Shown: positions 17,022-25,331 of the stretch, piece after piece
How the letters are laid out: every line of letters starts with the position of its first letter
Position numbering within the stretch: position 1 is the first letter of the stretch
Source of the DNA: Thermovirgaceae bacterium
GTDB lineage: Bacteria; Synergistota; Synergistia; Synergistales; Thermovirgaceae
Direction: 5' to 3'
DNA length: 26,642 nt
NCBI GenBank assembly: GCA_046542505.1
Contig: JBKHBH010000024.1
Location: 1 to 26,642 of the forward strand
Translations under genes and position numbers: made by a program
Notes under the pieces: model-generated
Told to the model about the DNA's origin: nothing
The model's database searches: none
Seen by the model: the letters and a program-made list of their open reading frames with translations, nothing else

Positions 17022-18007
17022 TGATTCTCTTCAAGATATTGGCGGGACTGGCGCTTCTGATTTTCGCCTCGCTCCTGTCACTGCTTTTTGAGGGGATCGA
17101 CAGGATTTTTCATGCGAGAATGCAGTCCCGGATGGGTCCGCCGCTGTTCCAGCCTTTCTACGACGTGCTGAAACTGCTTGGGAAAGAAAACATCGTCCCG
17201 CGCAGAGCGATCCCATGGGCTTTCAACGGAGCTCCCTGGGTGGCTGCCACGACGGCGCTTATGATAGTCCTGTATATTCCGATGGGATCCCTGCAACCGA
17301 TACTCGGAGGCCATGGGGACCTGATCCTGATTCTTTACCTGCTTGGACTGTCCGCGGTAGCAATGGCTGTAGGAGGCTTTTCGAGCGGTTCTGTTTACGC
17401 CAACGTGGGTGCTCAAAGAGAAATGGTGCTCATGATGAGCTATGAACTTCCTCTTGCCGCGGTCATCGTATCCCTCGCGTGGTTCGCCTACAGGTCGGGA
17501 ATGCCAGGGGACCCGTTCAGTCTGGAAACCTATGTCAGCATGTCCGTATGGAGCGTTGCGGGATGGACGGGAATTTTCGGGATTCTGGGGCTGCTTGCGG
17601 CACTGTTGGCCGTTGTCCCGGCTGAAACAGGGAAGGTGCCGATGGATATCGCCGAGGCGAAAACGGAAATTCTGGAAGGGCTGATCTGCGAATATTCAGG
17701 CCGGAACCTCGCAATGTTCAAAGTCGCCTTTTCCCTGAGGACCCTTGCCATGTGCGCCGTAGTTGTGTCGCTCTTTTTCCCGTGGTCCTTGGGACGACTG
17801 TTAGGGCTCGACGGCGTGCTCTTTTTTGTCGCTGATTTCATTTTCTTCTGGGCAAAGGTGCTGGTCGTACAGGTATTGGGTGTGACCATTATCAGGACCA
17901 CCTTCGGCCGATTCAAGATCTGGCAGGCGTCGAGACTGTACTGGTATCAGATCGGCGGGCTCGCCGCAGCTGGTATGGTCCTTTTGACCCTTGATGTAAT
18001 CCTGTAA
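17018..18007 (+). CDS. mbhM: Membrane-bound hydrogenase subunit M (NuoH-like)
   Basis: ARMQSRMGPP..QPFYDVLKLLGKE, MSYE, PMDIAEAKTEILEGLICEYSG. Start ATG 17018 (ATGA overlap) or 17021. Confidence 0.92.
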   Translation: MMILFKILAGLALLIFASLLSLLFEGIDRIFHARMQSRMGPPLFQPFYDVLKLLGKENIVPRRAIPWAFNGAPWVAATTALMIVLYIPMGSLQPILGGHGDLILILYLLGLSAVAMAVGGFSSGSVYANVGAQREMVLMMSYELPLAAVIVSLAWFAYRSGMPGDPFSLETYVSMSVWSVAGWTGIFGILGLLAALLAVVPAETGKVPMDIAEAKTEILEGLICEYSGRNLAMFKVAFSLRTLAMCAVVVSLFFPWSLGRLLGLDGVLFFVADFIFFWAKVLVVQVLGVTIIRTTFGRFKIWQASRLYWYQIGGLAAAGMVLLTLDVIL

Positions 18008-18019
18008 GGTGGTGTCGAG

Positions 18020-18682
18020 ATGCTGAATAAAATGCTCATCCAGATTTTGAAGCAGGGAAGCAAAAAGCCATCGACCAACCCCTTTCCTGTAGCTCATATG
18101 CCGGATAGCCTTCAGGAGGCTCTGGCTGCTGCGGAGGAAGGAGCTATTGAACTCCATCCTCCTGTCGAAATCCCGGAGAATTTCAGAGGAAGGATCGCCT
18201 ACGACAAGAATGCCTGTATCGGCTGCAAAATGTGCATCAGGGTGTGCCCGGCACATGCCATAACGTCCCTCGACGAGGAAAAGAAGGTCGAATTCCACAT
18301 GGACAGATGCTGTTTTTGTGCTCAGTGTACGGAAATCTGTCCCGTCAAATGCATCTGGATGACAGAGGAATTTGCTTTTGCCTCCTACGAGAGGAAAGCG
18401 GAAATCGTCAGCGATTCCGGGAAAAAACCTGAACCGCCGAAAGATGACTCCGGACCGAAAGCGGAAGAAAGCCAGGACGACAAAGCTGCAAAGCAGAATA
18501 AAAGTACATATGAAATCGATCCCGACAAGTGCATCGGTTGCACCAAATGTGCTCAGGTCTGCCCTGTAAATGCCATATCGGGCAAGGTCAAGGAGACACA
18601 CGCCATCGACGAAGAGACCTGCATTGGGTGCGGAGCCTGCGCGCAAGCCTGTCCTGTTCAGGCTATTCACCCGAAGGGTTAG
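18020..18682 (+). CDS. mbhN: Hydrogenase Fe-S subunit N (NuoI-like) fused to an extra C-terminal 2x[4Fe-4S] ferredoxin domain
   Basis: TNPFP...FRGRI, CIGCKMCIRVCP, CCFCAQCTEICP, charged linker, then CIGCTKCAQVCP and CIGCGACAQACP. Confidence 0.9.
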   Translation: MLNKMLIQILKQGSKKPSTNPFPVAHMPDSLQEALAAAEEGAIELHPPVEIPENFRGRIAYDKNACIGCKMCIRVCPAHAITSLDEEKKVEFHMDRCCFCAQCTEICPVKCIWMTEEFAFASYERKAEIVSDSGKKPEPPKDDSGPKAEESQDDKAAKQNKSTYEIDPDKCIGCTKCAQVCPVNAISGKVKETHAIDEETCIGCGACAQACPVQAIHPKG

Positions 18683-18704
18683 ACAACACGGAGGCATAAC
18701 TGAA

Positions 18705-18737
18705 GGGGCCGGCGGTATCGTCGGCCCTCTCCTTTTT
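18705..18737 (+). terminator. Intrinsic terminator at the end of the mbh operon
   Basis: GGGCCGGCG (18706-18714), GTAT loop, CGTCGGCCC (18719-18727, one G-U pair), then CTCC and TTTTT. Confidence 0.7.
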
Positions 18738-18751
18738 GGGAGGTCGAAAGG

Positions 18752-19813
18752 ATGAAGCAGGTTTCGGTTCTCCTCACAGGAGGGACGATCGCAAGCGGTT
18801 TCGGACTGTCCGGCAAGGAGCCGAAAGAGAAGGCTGCTTCAAGGCTCAAGGATTATCTAAGTGATTTTTTTGACGATAAGGGAGCCGCCGTCCTTTTCAG
18901 GGAACCCTGGGGTACACCTGGGCTTGACAGTTCTAACCTCGATCCGGGGCACTGGTACGAGATGGCGAAGATTATCGCCGAAGATTTGTCCGGTGGCAGC
19001 AGCGGTTTTCTTGTTCTCCACGGCACGGATACCATGGCATATACGGCAGCCTGGCTGGCCCTTTGCTTTTGGGGAGCGGGGGTACCGGTCATCCTGACCG
19101 GAAGTCAGCTGACGCTGGATTACACGCCTGATGACGTAACAGTCAATATAAGAGGCGCGGCACAGGCGCTGTGTTCAAAAATCTCGGGTGTCTGGGTCTA
19201 CTGCAACTGGAAACTGATACAGGGTGTGAGAGTACACAAGGCAAGGGCCAGCCATCCTGATGCGTTTGTTCCTGTCAACAGCGTACCGCTCTTTTTCAAT
19301 CCTGAATGGGCGCAAGGGGGTGGAAACAAGCACACGGAATTTCCAGGCAAGGCACATGTAGAAAAGGTCAGTGAAAGCCTGCGGACGCTTCTTTCTCTGA
19401 ACCCTGAAACACTGAGGGAGCGTGCATCACGGGCGAGATGGCTTTTCTGTGCACCGGGGAGCGCCCCCTATGCCGGGAAAGGTGAGCGGATACTCTTGCT
19501 TTTTGGTTTCGGAGCGGGGAATGTGCCGGCTTCTGTGCTCGAAAATATACGTATGCTTTACAAAGCAAATGTAAAACCGGTGATCATTGCCTGCAGCCAG
19601 GCAGAGGGGGATGTGAAGGATCCTTCGTCGTACAGCGGGGTAGGAGCAGCATTACTGGCTCAAGATGGCTTTGAGGTTTACAGTCAGATGGATTATCCTT
19701 TTGAGTTCATACACGCATTGAGTGTTTTTGCCCTTGCCGTTGACTACGAAAACCCCGGGAAAGTCCTGGCGAAATTCCTAAAACTCTACGGAAGTTCCGA
19801 CAACAGGAAATGA
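18752..19813 (+). CDS. ansA: L-asparaginase, type I (cytoplasmic) family
   Basis: TGGTIA, LDSSNL, HGTDTMAYTA, ILTGSQ, RVHK...DAF, GFGAGNVP. No signal peptide; GGAGG RBS. Confidence 0.85.
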   Translation: MKQVSVLLTGGTIASGFGLSGKEPKEKAASRLKDYLSDFFDDKGAAVLFREPWGTPGLDSSNLDPGHWYEMAKIIAEDLSGGSSGFLVLHGTDTMAYTAAWLALCFWGAGVPVILTGSQLTLDYTPDDVTVNIRGAAQALCSKISGVWVYCNWKLIQGVRVHKARASHPDAFVPVNSVPLFFNPEWAQGGGNKHTEFPGKAHVEKVSESLRTLLSLNPETLRERASRARWLFCAPGSAPYAGKGERILLLFGFGAGNVPASVLENIRMLYKANVKPVIIACSQAEGDVKDPSSYSGVGAALLAQDGFEVYSQMDYPFEFIHALSVFALAVDYENPGKVLAKFLKLYGSSDNRK

Positions 19814-19843
19814 CCAGCGCGGTTCAGACAGCAAGACAGGTTC

Positions 19844-19871
19844 GGGGCCCCGCTCAAAGGAGGCCCCTTTT
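19844..19871 (+). terminator. Intrinsic terminator between convergent asparaginase gene and gltX
   Basis: GGGGCC (19844-19849) pairs with GGCCCC (19862-19867), followed by TTTT. Confidence 0.6.
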
Positions 19872-19889
19872 CGATTGTTCTCCCGATTT

Positions 19890-21203
19890 TCAGAGGAGAT
19901 TGTAATGTTTCAGCCTCCTTGACGTTTCAGCTTTCCCGAGGACCGAAGCGACTTCGAAAATTCCGGGACTGACTTTTGTTCCGGTAAGAGCCATCCGGAA
20001 AGGCATGGCCACATCTTTCATTTTGAGCCCCTTTTCCTTGCTCCATTCTTTTGCGAAAGCAACCATTTCGTGAGGATCCCAGGCGTCTATTTCGACAAGA
20101 TGTGAGAAAAACTCGCGAAGCAGGGCCTTCTGGGTTTTTGACAGATCCGAAGCGTCGTATCTGTCTTTCACGACGTCGAAGGAAAGGAAATAATCGCTGT
20201 AGGCTGCGACTTCCCGCAATGTCCTGCCGCGTCCCTGGAGAAGCTCGAGACTTTCGGCAAGAAAGGAATCTTCGTGTTCTGCCGGATTTAATCCCATCTC
20301 TTGCCAGAAGGGTTTGACGAGTTCCACCCTTTTTTGCGGGGCCAGGTTGGTAATATGCACCTGGTTAACGGCGTCAAGCTTTTCCATGTCAAAAACGGCG
20401 GCACGTTTGGTGACACGGCTGAGGTCAAAAAGCTCTACAGCTTCATTCCGGCTGAAGATTTCCCTGTCGTCTCCCGGCGACCAGCCCAAAAGAGCAAAAT
20501 AGTTGAATAGGCCTTCCGGAAGATATCCCATGTTCTTGTACTCGTAGACACTTGTGGCACCATGTCGTTTTGACAGCTTTTTCTTGTCCTTTCCCAGAAT
20601 CATTGGGAGGTGCGCAAAGTGCGGAAGTCTCCACTCGAGTGATTCGTAGAGCAAAACCTGTTTCGGCGTGTTCGAGATGTGGTCTTCCCCCCTGATGACG
20701 CAGGTTATGTCCATCAGGTAGTCGTCTACGACGACGGCGAAATTGTAAGTGGGGGAGCCGTCGCTCTTGATGAGGACCGTATCCTTGAGGGTGTCGCTTT
20801 CCATCGTGATTTTGCCATAGACGATGTCCTCGAAAACAATGGTTTTCCCTTTCGGGATGGAGTAGATGATTGCGTCGCCTTCTTTGTAGGCGAGACCCTT
20901 GTCGAGCAACCGGTTCGCGGTTTCATGATATAGGTCCGTTCTCTCCGATTGACGATAAGGTCCCTTCGGTCCGCCTGCTGCCGGTCCTTCATCCCAGTCG
21001 AGGCCTAGCCATTTCAGCCCTTTCATGATGGTTTCTTCGAATTCTCTCGTAGATCTGGCCCTGTCGGTGTCTTCTATTCTCAGAACGAACGCCCCGTTGT
21101 TTTTTCGCGCCCAGAGCCAGTTGAACAAGGCGGTATGAGCTCCTCCAATATGTAATGCTCCTGTCGGACTCGGGGCGAACCGGACCCGGACATTCTCGTT
21201 CAT
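19890..21203 (-). CDS. gltX: Glutamate--tRNA ligase (start ATG 21203; GTG 21212 is an alternative)
   Basis: RVRFAPSPTG, HIGG, LRIEDTD, YRQSER, PTYNFA.VVDD, IRGEDH, KLSKR, LLGWS, and a C-terminal anticodon-binding domain (RMALTG...SP). Confidence 0.96.
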   Translation of the reverse strand: MNENVRVRFAPSPTGALHIGGAHTALFNWLWARKNNGAFVLRIEDTDRARSTREFEETIMKGLKWLGLDWDEGPAAGGPKGPYRQSERTDLYHETANRLLDKGLAYKEGDAIIYSIPKGKTIVFEDIVYGKITMESDTLKDTVLIKSDGSPTYNFAVVVDDYLMDITCVIRGEDHISNTPKQVLLYESLEWRLPHFAHLPMILGKDKKKLSKRHGATSVYEYKNMGYLPEGLFNYFALLGWSPGDDREIFSRNEAVELFDLSRVTKRAAVFDMEKLDAVNQVHITNLAPQKRVELVKPFWQEMGLNPAEHEDSFLAESLELLQGRGRTLREVAAYSDYFLSFDVVKDRYDASDLSKTQKALLREFFSHLVEIDAWDPHEMVAFAKEWSKEKGLKMKDVAMPFRMALTGTKVSPGIFEVASVLGKAETSRRLKHYNLL

Positions 21204-21324
21204 CGTTTTCACCCTTTCTGAAAGTATTTGTTCCTTAGGGGCATTTTCAGCCGAAAGTTGGTCAAGTCAAGTGCCACGGGTGATAGTATTATATCCGCAG
21301 GTGGAAATCAAAGGAGTGAGCATT

Positions 21325-23877
21325 TTGAATGAGAACCTGGTACTTCTCATCGACGGACACGGATTGGCGTACCGGGCGTTTTACGCGCTGCCGGAACTGA
21401 ATGCACCCGACGGCTCGCCGACACAGGCGATACTGGGTTTTGTGAACATGCTGCTCAAGACTCTCGACGAAAACGACCCCCTCCGGGTTGGTGTCGTTTT
21501 TGACGCCGCCGGTCCGACATTTCGGCATGAAGCTTTCAAGGAATACAAGGAAAACCGGCAACCGATTCCTGAAACGCTCATGGAACAGTTGCCCGCCATA
21601 AAGGATATTTCGGCGGCCATGGGGTTTACGGTTTACGAAAGGGAAGGCGTTGAAGCCGACGATGTCATTGCCGCGTCAGCGAAAAAAGCCAAGGAGAATG
21701 GATATGATGTCCTTGTCCTGACGGCTGACAAGGATATGTTTCAGCTGCTTGATGAGGGTGTACGGGTCATGCGTCCCGTAAAGGGTGTGAGCACCTTCAA
21801 AATGTACGACCGAAAGCGTTTTACCGATGAATACGGTTTTAAGCCGGAAGCAATGGCGGATTATCTCGCCCTTGTGGGCGACAATGCCGACAATATCCCC
21901 GGTGTAAGAGGAATAGGCGATAAAACGGCGAAGGCTCTGCTTTCCAGTTACGGAAACCTCGAAGGTGTATTCGAAGCCCTTGACGGACTGAAGCCCCGTG
22001 TGAAAACGGCTCTTGAAGAACAGCGGGCTGAAGTCTTGCGTTCCCGTGAACTTGTCAGGCTTCGGCTTGAATCACCCTTGAATCCTGACGACCTTTTGAA
22101 AACCGAAATGGACATGGAGAAACTGGGAAGACTCTGTGAGCGATTTGCCCTGAAGAAGCTGGCGGAACACTTTGGCATCAGCGGAGAAAGATTGAAGGGG
22201 GAAACCTCTGTGGCCGGACCGGTCATGACAGAGAGGAAAGAAGACAAAGAAAAAATTTTCGAAAGCGAGGGCCCCGTTTTTTTAGCCTGGAAAGGCGAAG
22301 GGAGGTACCCTGCTGCTTTCCGGCTTGAAAGCGTGTTCGCCGGAACAAGGGAAGGGGTATATGCTGACATCTCGGAAACTGAAACAGAAGAGCTGCTCAG
22401 AAAACTGGACACAAAAAAGTCCGGGCCGCTAGTCCTGTGGGGCTTCAAAGAACTCTGCGCTGCGGAACCCCGCTTACGTGGCCTGTCCTCGAAGGTCTGG
22501 GATGCGAAAATCGCTCATTATCTTTTACATCCGGACAAGGCAAGCCATGAAGCAGGCATCGGCAAGGATGCCAAGGGACCGCAGGTTTGCGGGCTGCTTG
22601 CCGATGCCTGGTCTGGCATGTCGGCGGAGGTTCGAGAAAAGGGCCTTGAAAAGGTTATGAATGAAATCGATATTCCGCTGTCACCCGTTCTGGCGTCAAT
22701 GGAGACTTATGGTATCAAGGTGGATTGCAAGCATCTTGAAACCCTTCGCGAAGAACTCAAGGAGAGGATCAAGAAAATACAGGAAGAAATCGATGAAACG
22801 GCAGGGACGCACGTCAATTTGAATTCGCCGAAACAGGTGAGCTGGCTGCTTTTCGACCACCTTGGATATCCTCCTGTAAGAAAAACCAAGACAGGCTATT
22901 CTACGGATGTCAACGTGCTGGAAGAGCTGGCATCATTGCCCTTGGGACAAAATGGTTTGCCGGGCTTGCTTCTCGAGCACAGGGAGATAACGAAGGTCCT
23001 AACGGGATTCGTGCAGGTTCTTTTGAAAAGCGTCGACATTGGAACAGGCTGTGTCCATACCGTTCTGGAACACACTGTCACAGGTACCGGCAGGTTGAGC
23101 AGCAGAGATCCGAACCTGCAGAATTTGCCGACTTACGGAACGTGGGCCGGGAGAGTGCGGGAAGCATTGACGCCACATGAAAAAGGAAGAGTATTTGTGG
23201 CCGGGGACTATTCTCAGGTAGAACTGAGAGTGTTGGCCCACATGTCGGGTGAAAAAAAGCTGATAGAAGCCTTTGCCGAAGGCAGGGATATCCACTCCGA
23301 GACGGCCGGATGGATCATGGGAAACAATGTTGAAGACATATCGGCCGAAAGACGTCGTGTCGCGAAGATGGTAAATTTCGGATTGCTCTACGGGATGGGG
23401 CAATACGGATTGGCCCAACGACTCGGGGTCAGTCGGCAGGAGGCTGCCGATCTGATTGAACGGTACTTCTCGGCCTTCCCGCGTGTGCGGGCCTTTCTGG
23501 AGGGCAGCGCCGAAGAGGCGAAATCGAAGGGATATACCCAGACCCTCTTCGGACGAAGACGCCCCCTTGAGGAAGTGACCACCGTTGAGGGAAGGGGAAA
23601 CAATGCCCTCAAAAGGATAGCCGTTAATACACCGATTCAGGGAACCGCCGCAGATATTGCGAGAATCGCAATGATCAAGCTTGCCGAATCCCTCGAAGAG
23701 CAAAAGGGATCGCCCAGACTTGTCCTTCAGGTTCATGATTCCCTCGTTTGCGAATGCGACGGGGGAACAGCGAGGGAAACGGAGCAAATGCTGAAGGCGG
23801 TTATGGAATCGGCGGTATCGTTGTCTGTCCCCTTGAAGGTGCAGACGAAGTCGGGGAAGTCCTTTTCGGAAGTATGA
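21325..23877 (+). CDS. polA: DNA polymerase I (5'-3' nuclease plus polymerase; vestigial proofreading domain)
   Basis: LIDGHGLAYRAFYA, EADDVI, TADKD, DNIPGV.GIG.KTA, TGRLSS.DPNLQN, DYSQVELR, R...K..NFG..YG, NTPIQG, QVHDS. TTG 21325 follows AAGGAG (21311-21316). Confidence 0.96.
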   Translation: MNENLVLLIDGHGLAYRAFYALPELNAPDGSPTQAILGFVNMLLKTLDENDPLRVGVVFDAAGPTFRHEAFKEYKENRQPIPETLMEQLPAIKDISAAMGFTVYEREGVEADDVIAASAKKAKENGYDVLVLTADKDMFQLLDEGVRVMRPVKGVSTFKMYDRKRFTDEYGFKPEAMADYLALVGDNADNIPGVRGIGDKTAKALLSSYGNLEGVFEALDGLKPRVKTALEEQRAEVLRSRELVRLRLESPLNPDDLLKTEMDMEKLGRLCERFALKKLAEHFGISGERLKGETSVAGPVMTERKEDKEKIFESEGPVFLAWKGEGRYPAAFRLESVFAGTREGVYADISETETEELLRKLDTKKSGPLVLWGFKELCAAEPRLRGLSSKVWDAKIAHYLLHPDKASHEAGIGKDAKGPQVCGLLADAWSGMSAEVREKGLEKVMNEIDIPLSPVLASMETYGIKVDCKHLETLREELKERIKKIQEEIDETAGTHVNLNSPKQVSWLLFDHLGYPPVRKTKTGYSTDVNVLEELASLPLGQNGLPGLLLEHREITKVLTGFVQVLLKSVDIGTGCVHTVLEHTVTGTGRLSSRDPNLQNLPTYGTWAGRVREALTPHEKGRVFVAGDYSQVELRVLAHMSGEKKLIEAFAEGRDIHSETAGWIMGNNVEDISAERRRVAKMVNFGLLYGMGQYGLAQRLGVSRQEAADLIERYFSAFPRVRAFLEGSAEEAKSKGYTQTLFGRRRPLEEVTTVEGRGNNALKRIAVNTPIQGTAADIARIAMIKLAESLEEQKGSPRLVLQVHDSLVCECDGGTARETEQMLKAVMESAVSLSVPLKVQTKSGKSFSEV

Positions 23878-23880
23878 TCT

Positions 23881-23909
23881 TTGACAGTACAGGTGCCACT
23901 GCGTATGAT
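23881..23909 (+). promoter_or_regulatory. Sigma70 promoter of the SurA-like gene
   Basis: TTGACA (23881-23886), N17, TATGAT (23904-23909). Confidence 0.75.
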
Positions 23910-23979
23910 ATGATGCGCTGCCCTGATAATGATGACCGGGGCGGGCAAGGCTCGAGGATTTGAAGGAGGACGATTTGTT

Positions 23980-25080
23980 GTGCTGATGCGCATGTTGAGA
24001 ACCAAAACGCGATCGATCATGCTTATTGTTGCTATAGTGTTTGTCCTTTCCACTCTGGGAATTTACATGATGAGAGGCAGCGGTGGAGGAAACAATGGGG
24101 AACGTACGCGTGACGAAGCTGTCGCTTCCATCGACGGAAAGAAAGTCATGATGTCCGACATCGAGATGGGTGTCAGGAACATGGCGCAGGAAGACCGCTC
24201 CACGGAATTGACGGCTGAAGATATCGTGAAGATGCGGAAATCCGTGCTCGACAATATGGTGATTTACGAAGAACTGAAAAAGGAGACGGCATCAAGGGGC
24301 ATAGAAGTTGAGAAATCAGAAATCGACGAGGCCGTCAAGAGGATAGAGGACCAGTTCCCCACAAAGGAAGCCTTCCAGGAATATATGGATAACAACAGAA
24401 TACGCTTGGACGACCTCCGAGAAGAAATAGAGCTCAGGCTTGCACAGCAGAAACTATTGGAACAGGTAACGCAGGATGTCGCTGTGTCCGACGAAGAAGC
24501 GAAGGAATTTTATGACCAGAACAGCGACTTCTTTTTCACTCAGCCGGCCGGCTATGAGGTTACTTACGCACGGTTTGACTCCCTTGAAGCTGCGGAATCA
24601 GCAAAAGAACGGCTCATTGATGGAGAAAACTGGGATGAAGTCATGGAAAGTTATGAAGACGAGCTTCTTGATCGAGTTACATTGAACGAACCCGCTTTCG
24701 TTTCGGACAAGGAGCTTGAAGCGGGTGAGCTTCAACAATTTTCCGACCTCGAAATGGATGAAATCGGAGGTCCCGTGGAGTTCGATGACGGCAACGTGGT
24801 CATTCTTGTCAAACGTGCAAAAACAGAGGCCAGGACACTGCCTTATGAAGAAATCAGCGGTGATGTCGTTCAGATACTGAAAAGCGAAAGAATCCAGCAG
24901 AACGAGGAGGAATTTTTCGCAGAACTTCTTGAAAGAGCCGACGTCAAACTTCTCAATGAAGAATATTTCACGGTTCCGGAGAATCCCGCTTCCCTGGACG
25001 AAGGCGCGGCCCCTTTTGAGGATATGGCCGGTGAAAAAGACCCTGGAGAAGACCTGGAGAAGGACGAGACCGCGGACTGA
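23980..25080 (+). CDS. SurA/PpiD/PrsA-like membrane-anchored chaperone (SurA N-terminal domain plus degenerate parvulin)
   Basis: N-terminal TM helix, VASIDGKKV, GIEVEKSEID, VSDEEAKEFY, EIGGPVE, RADVK. GTG 23980 follows AAGGAGGA; ATG 23986 is an alternative start. Confidence 0.8.
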   Translation: MLMRMLRTKTRSIMLIVAIVFVLSTLGIYMMRGSGGGNNGERTRDEAVASIDGKKVMMSDIEMGVRNMAQEDRSTELTAEDIVKMRKSVLDNMVIYEELKKETASRGIEVEKSEIDEAVKRIEDQFPTKEAFQEYMDNNRIRLDDLREEIELRLAQQKLLEQVTQDVAVSDEEAKEFYDQNSDFFFTQPAGYEVTYARFDSLEAAESAKERLIDGENWDEVMESYEDELLDRVTLNEPAFVSDKELEAGELQQFSDLEMDEIGGPVEFDDGNVVILVKRAKTEARTLPYEEISGDVVQILKSERIQQNEEEFFAELLERADVKLLNEEYFTVPENPASLDEGAAPFEDMAGEKDPGEDLEKDETAD

Positions 25081-25086
25081 AACGCC

Positions 25087-25115
25087 TTGACAGAGTAATT
25101 GAGGGTGAATAGAAT
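25087..25115 (+). promoter_or_regulatory. Sigma70 promoter of the tRNA operon
   Basis: TTGACA (25087-25092), N17, TAGAAT (25110-25115), 18 nt before tRNA-Ser. Confidence 0.8.
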
Positions 25116-25133
25116 AGACCGAGCACGCCACAA

Positions 25134-25227
25134 GGTGGGATGGCCGAGTGGCTGAAGGCACTCGCCTGCTAAGCGAGTAAGGGGGCTAAAACCTCCTTCC
25201 AGGGTTCGAATCCCTGTCCCACCGCCA
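25134..25227 (+). tRNA. tRNA-Ser(GCT)
   Basis: Acceptor stem GGTGGGA/TCCCACC, G73, encoded CCA. Anticodon arm CTCGC-CT GCT AA-GCGAG (25168-25170). Long variable arm; GTTCGAATC T-loop. Confidence 0.97.
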
Positions 25228-25243
25228 GGAAATCAAGCTTTGC

Positions 25244-25320
25244 GCGCCGGTAGCTCAACTGGATAGAGCATCGGACTACGGATCCGAAGGTTACGGGTTC
25301 GAATCCTGTCCGGCGCGCCA
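25244..25320 (+). tRNA. tRNA-Arg(ACG)
   Basis: Acceptor stem GCGCCGG/CCGGCGC, encoded CCA. Anticodon arm TCGGA-CT ACG GA-TCCGA (25278-25280). GTTCGAATC T-loop. Confidence 0.97.
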
Positions 25321-25331
25321 CTTGAAGATAG

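Noticed and set aside
18752..19813. Asparaginase as a GatD-like amidotransferase partner of the adjacent GluRS
   Set aside because: It lacks the GatD N-terminal domain, there is no gatE, and the genes are convergent with a terminator between them.
19890..21203. GluQ (glutamyl-Q-tRNA-Asp synthetase) or pseudogene, given the short length
   Set aside because: The anticodon-binding domain and all catalytic motifs are present. The shortening is one internal in-frame deletion.
21241..21300. Divergent promoters for gltX and polA
   Set aside because: Promoters are surely present, but the candidate -10 elements (TAGTAT on +, TATAAT on -) lack properly spaced -35 boxes, so none was called.
21191..21336. 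gltX, polA and treS (6439 start) all begin MNEN, giving an imperfect inverted repeat around the gltX/polA spacer
   Set aside because: Short, explained by A-rich N-terminal codon bias, and dependent on the chosen starts. No mechanism is supported.
1596..23787. Long antisense or alternate-frame ORFs (e.g. 1596..2261, 3839..4492, 5201..6025, 7072..8007, 17801..18697, 22999..23787)
   Set aside because: They shadow well-supported genes, carry no motifs, and are expected from codon bias on the opposite strand.
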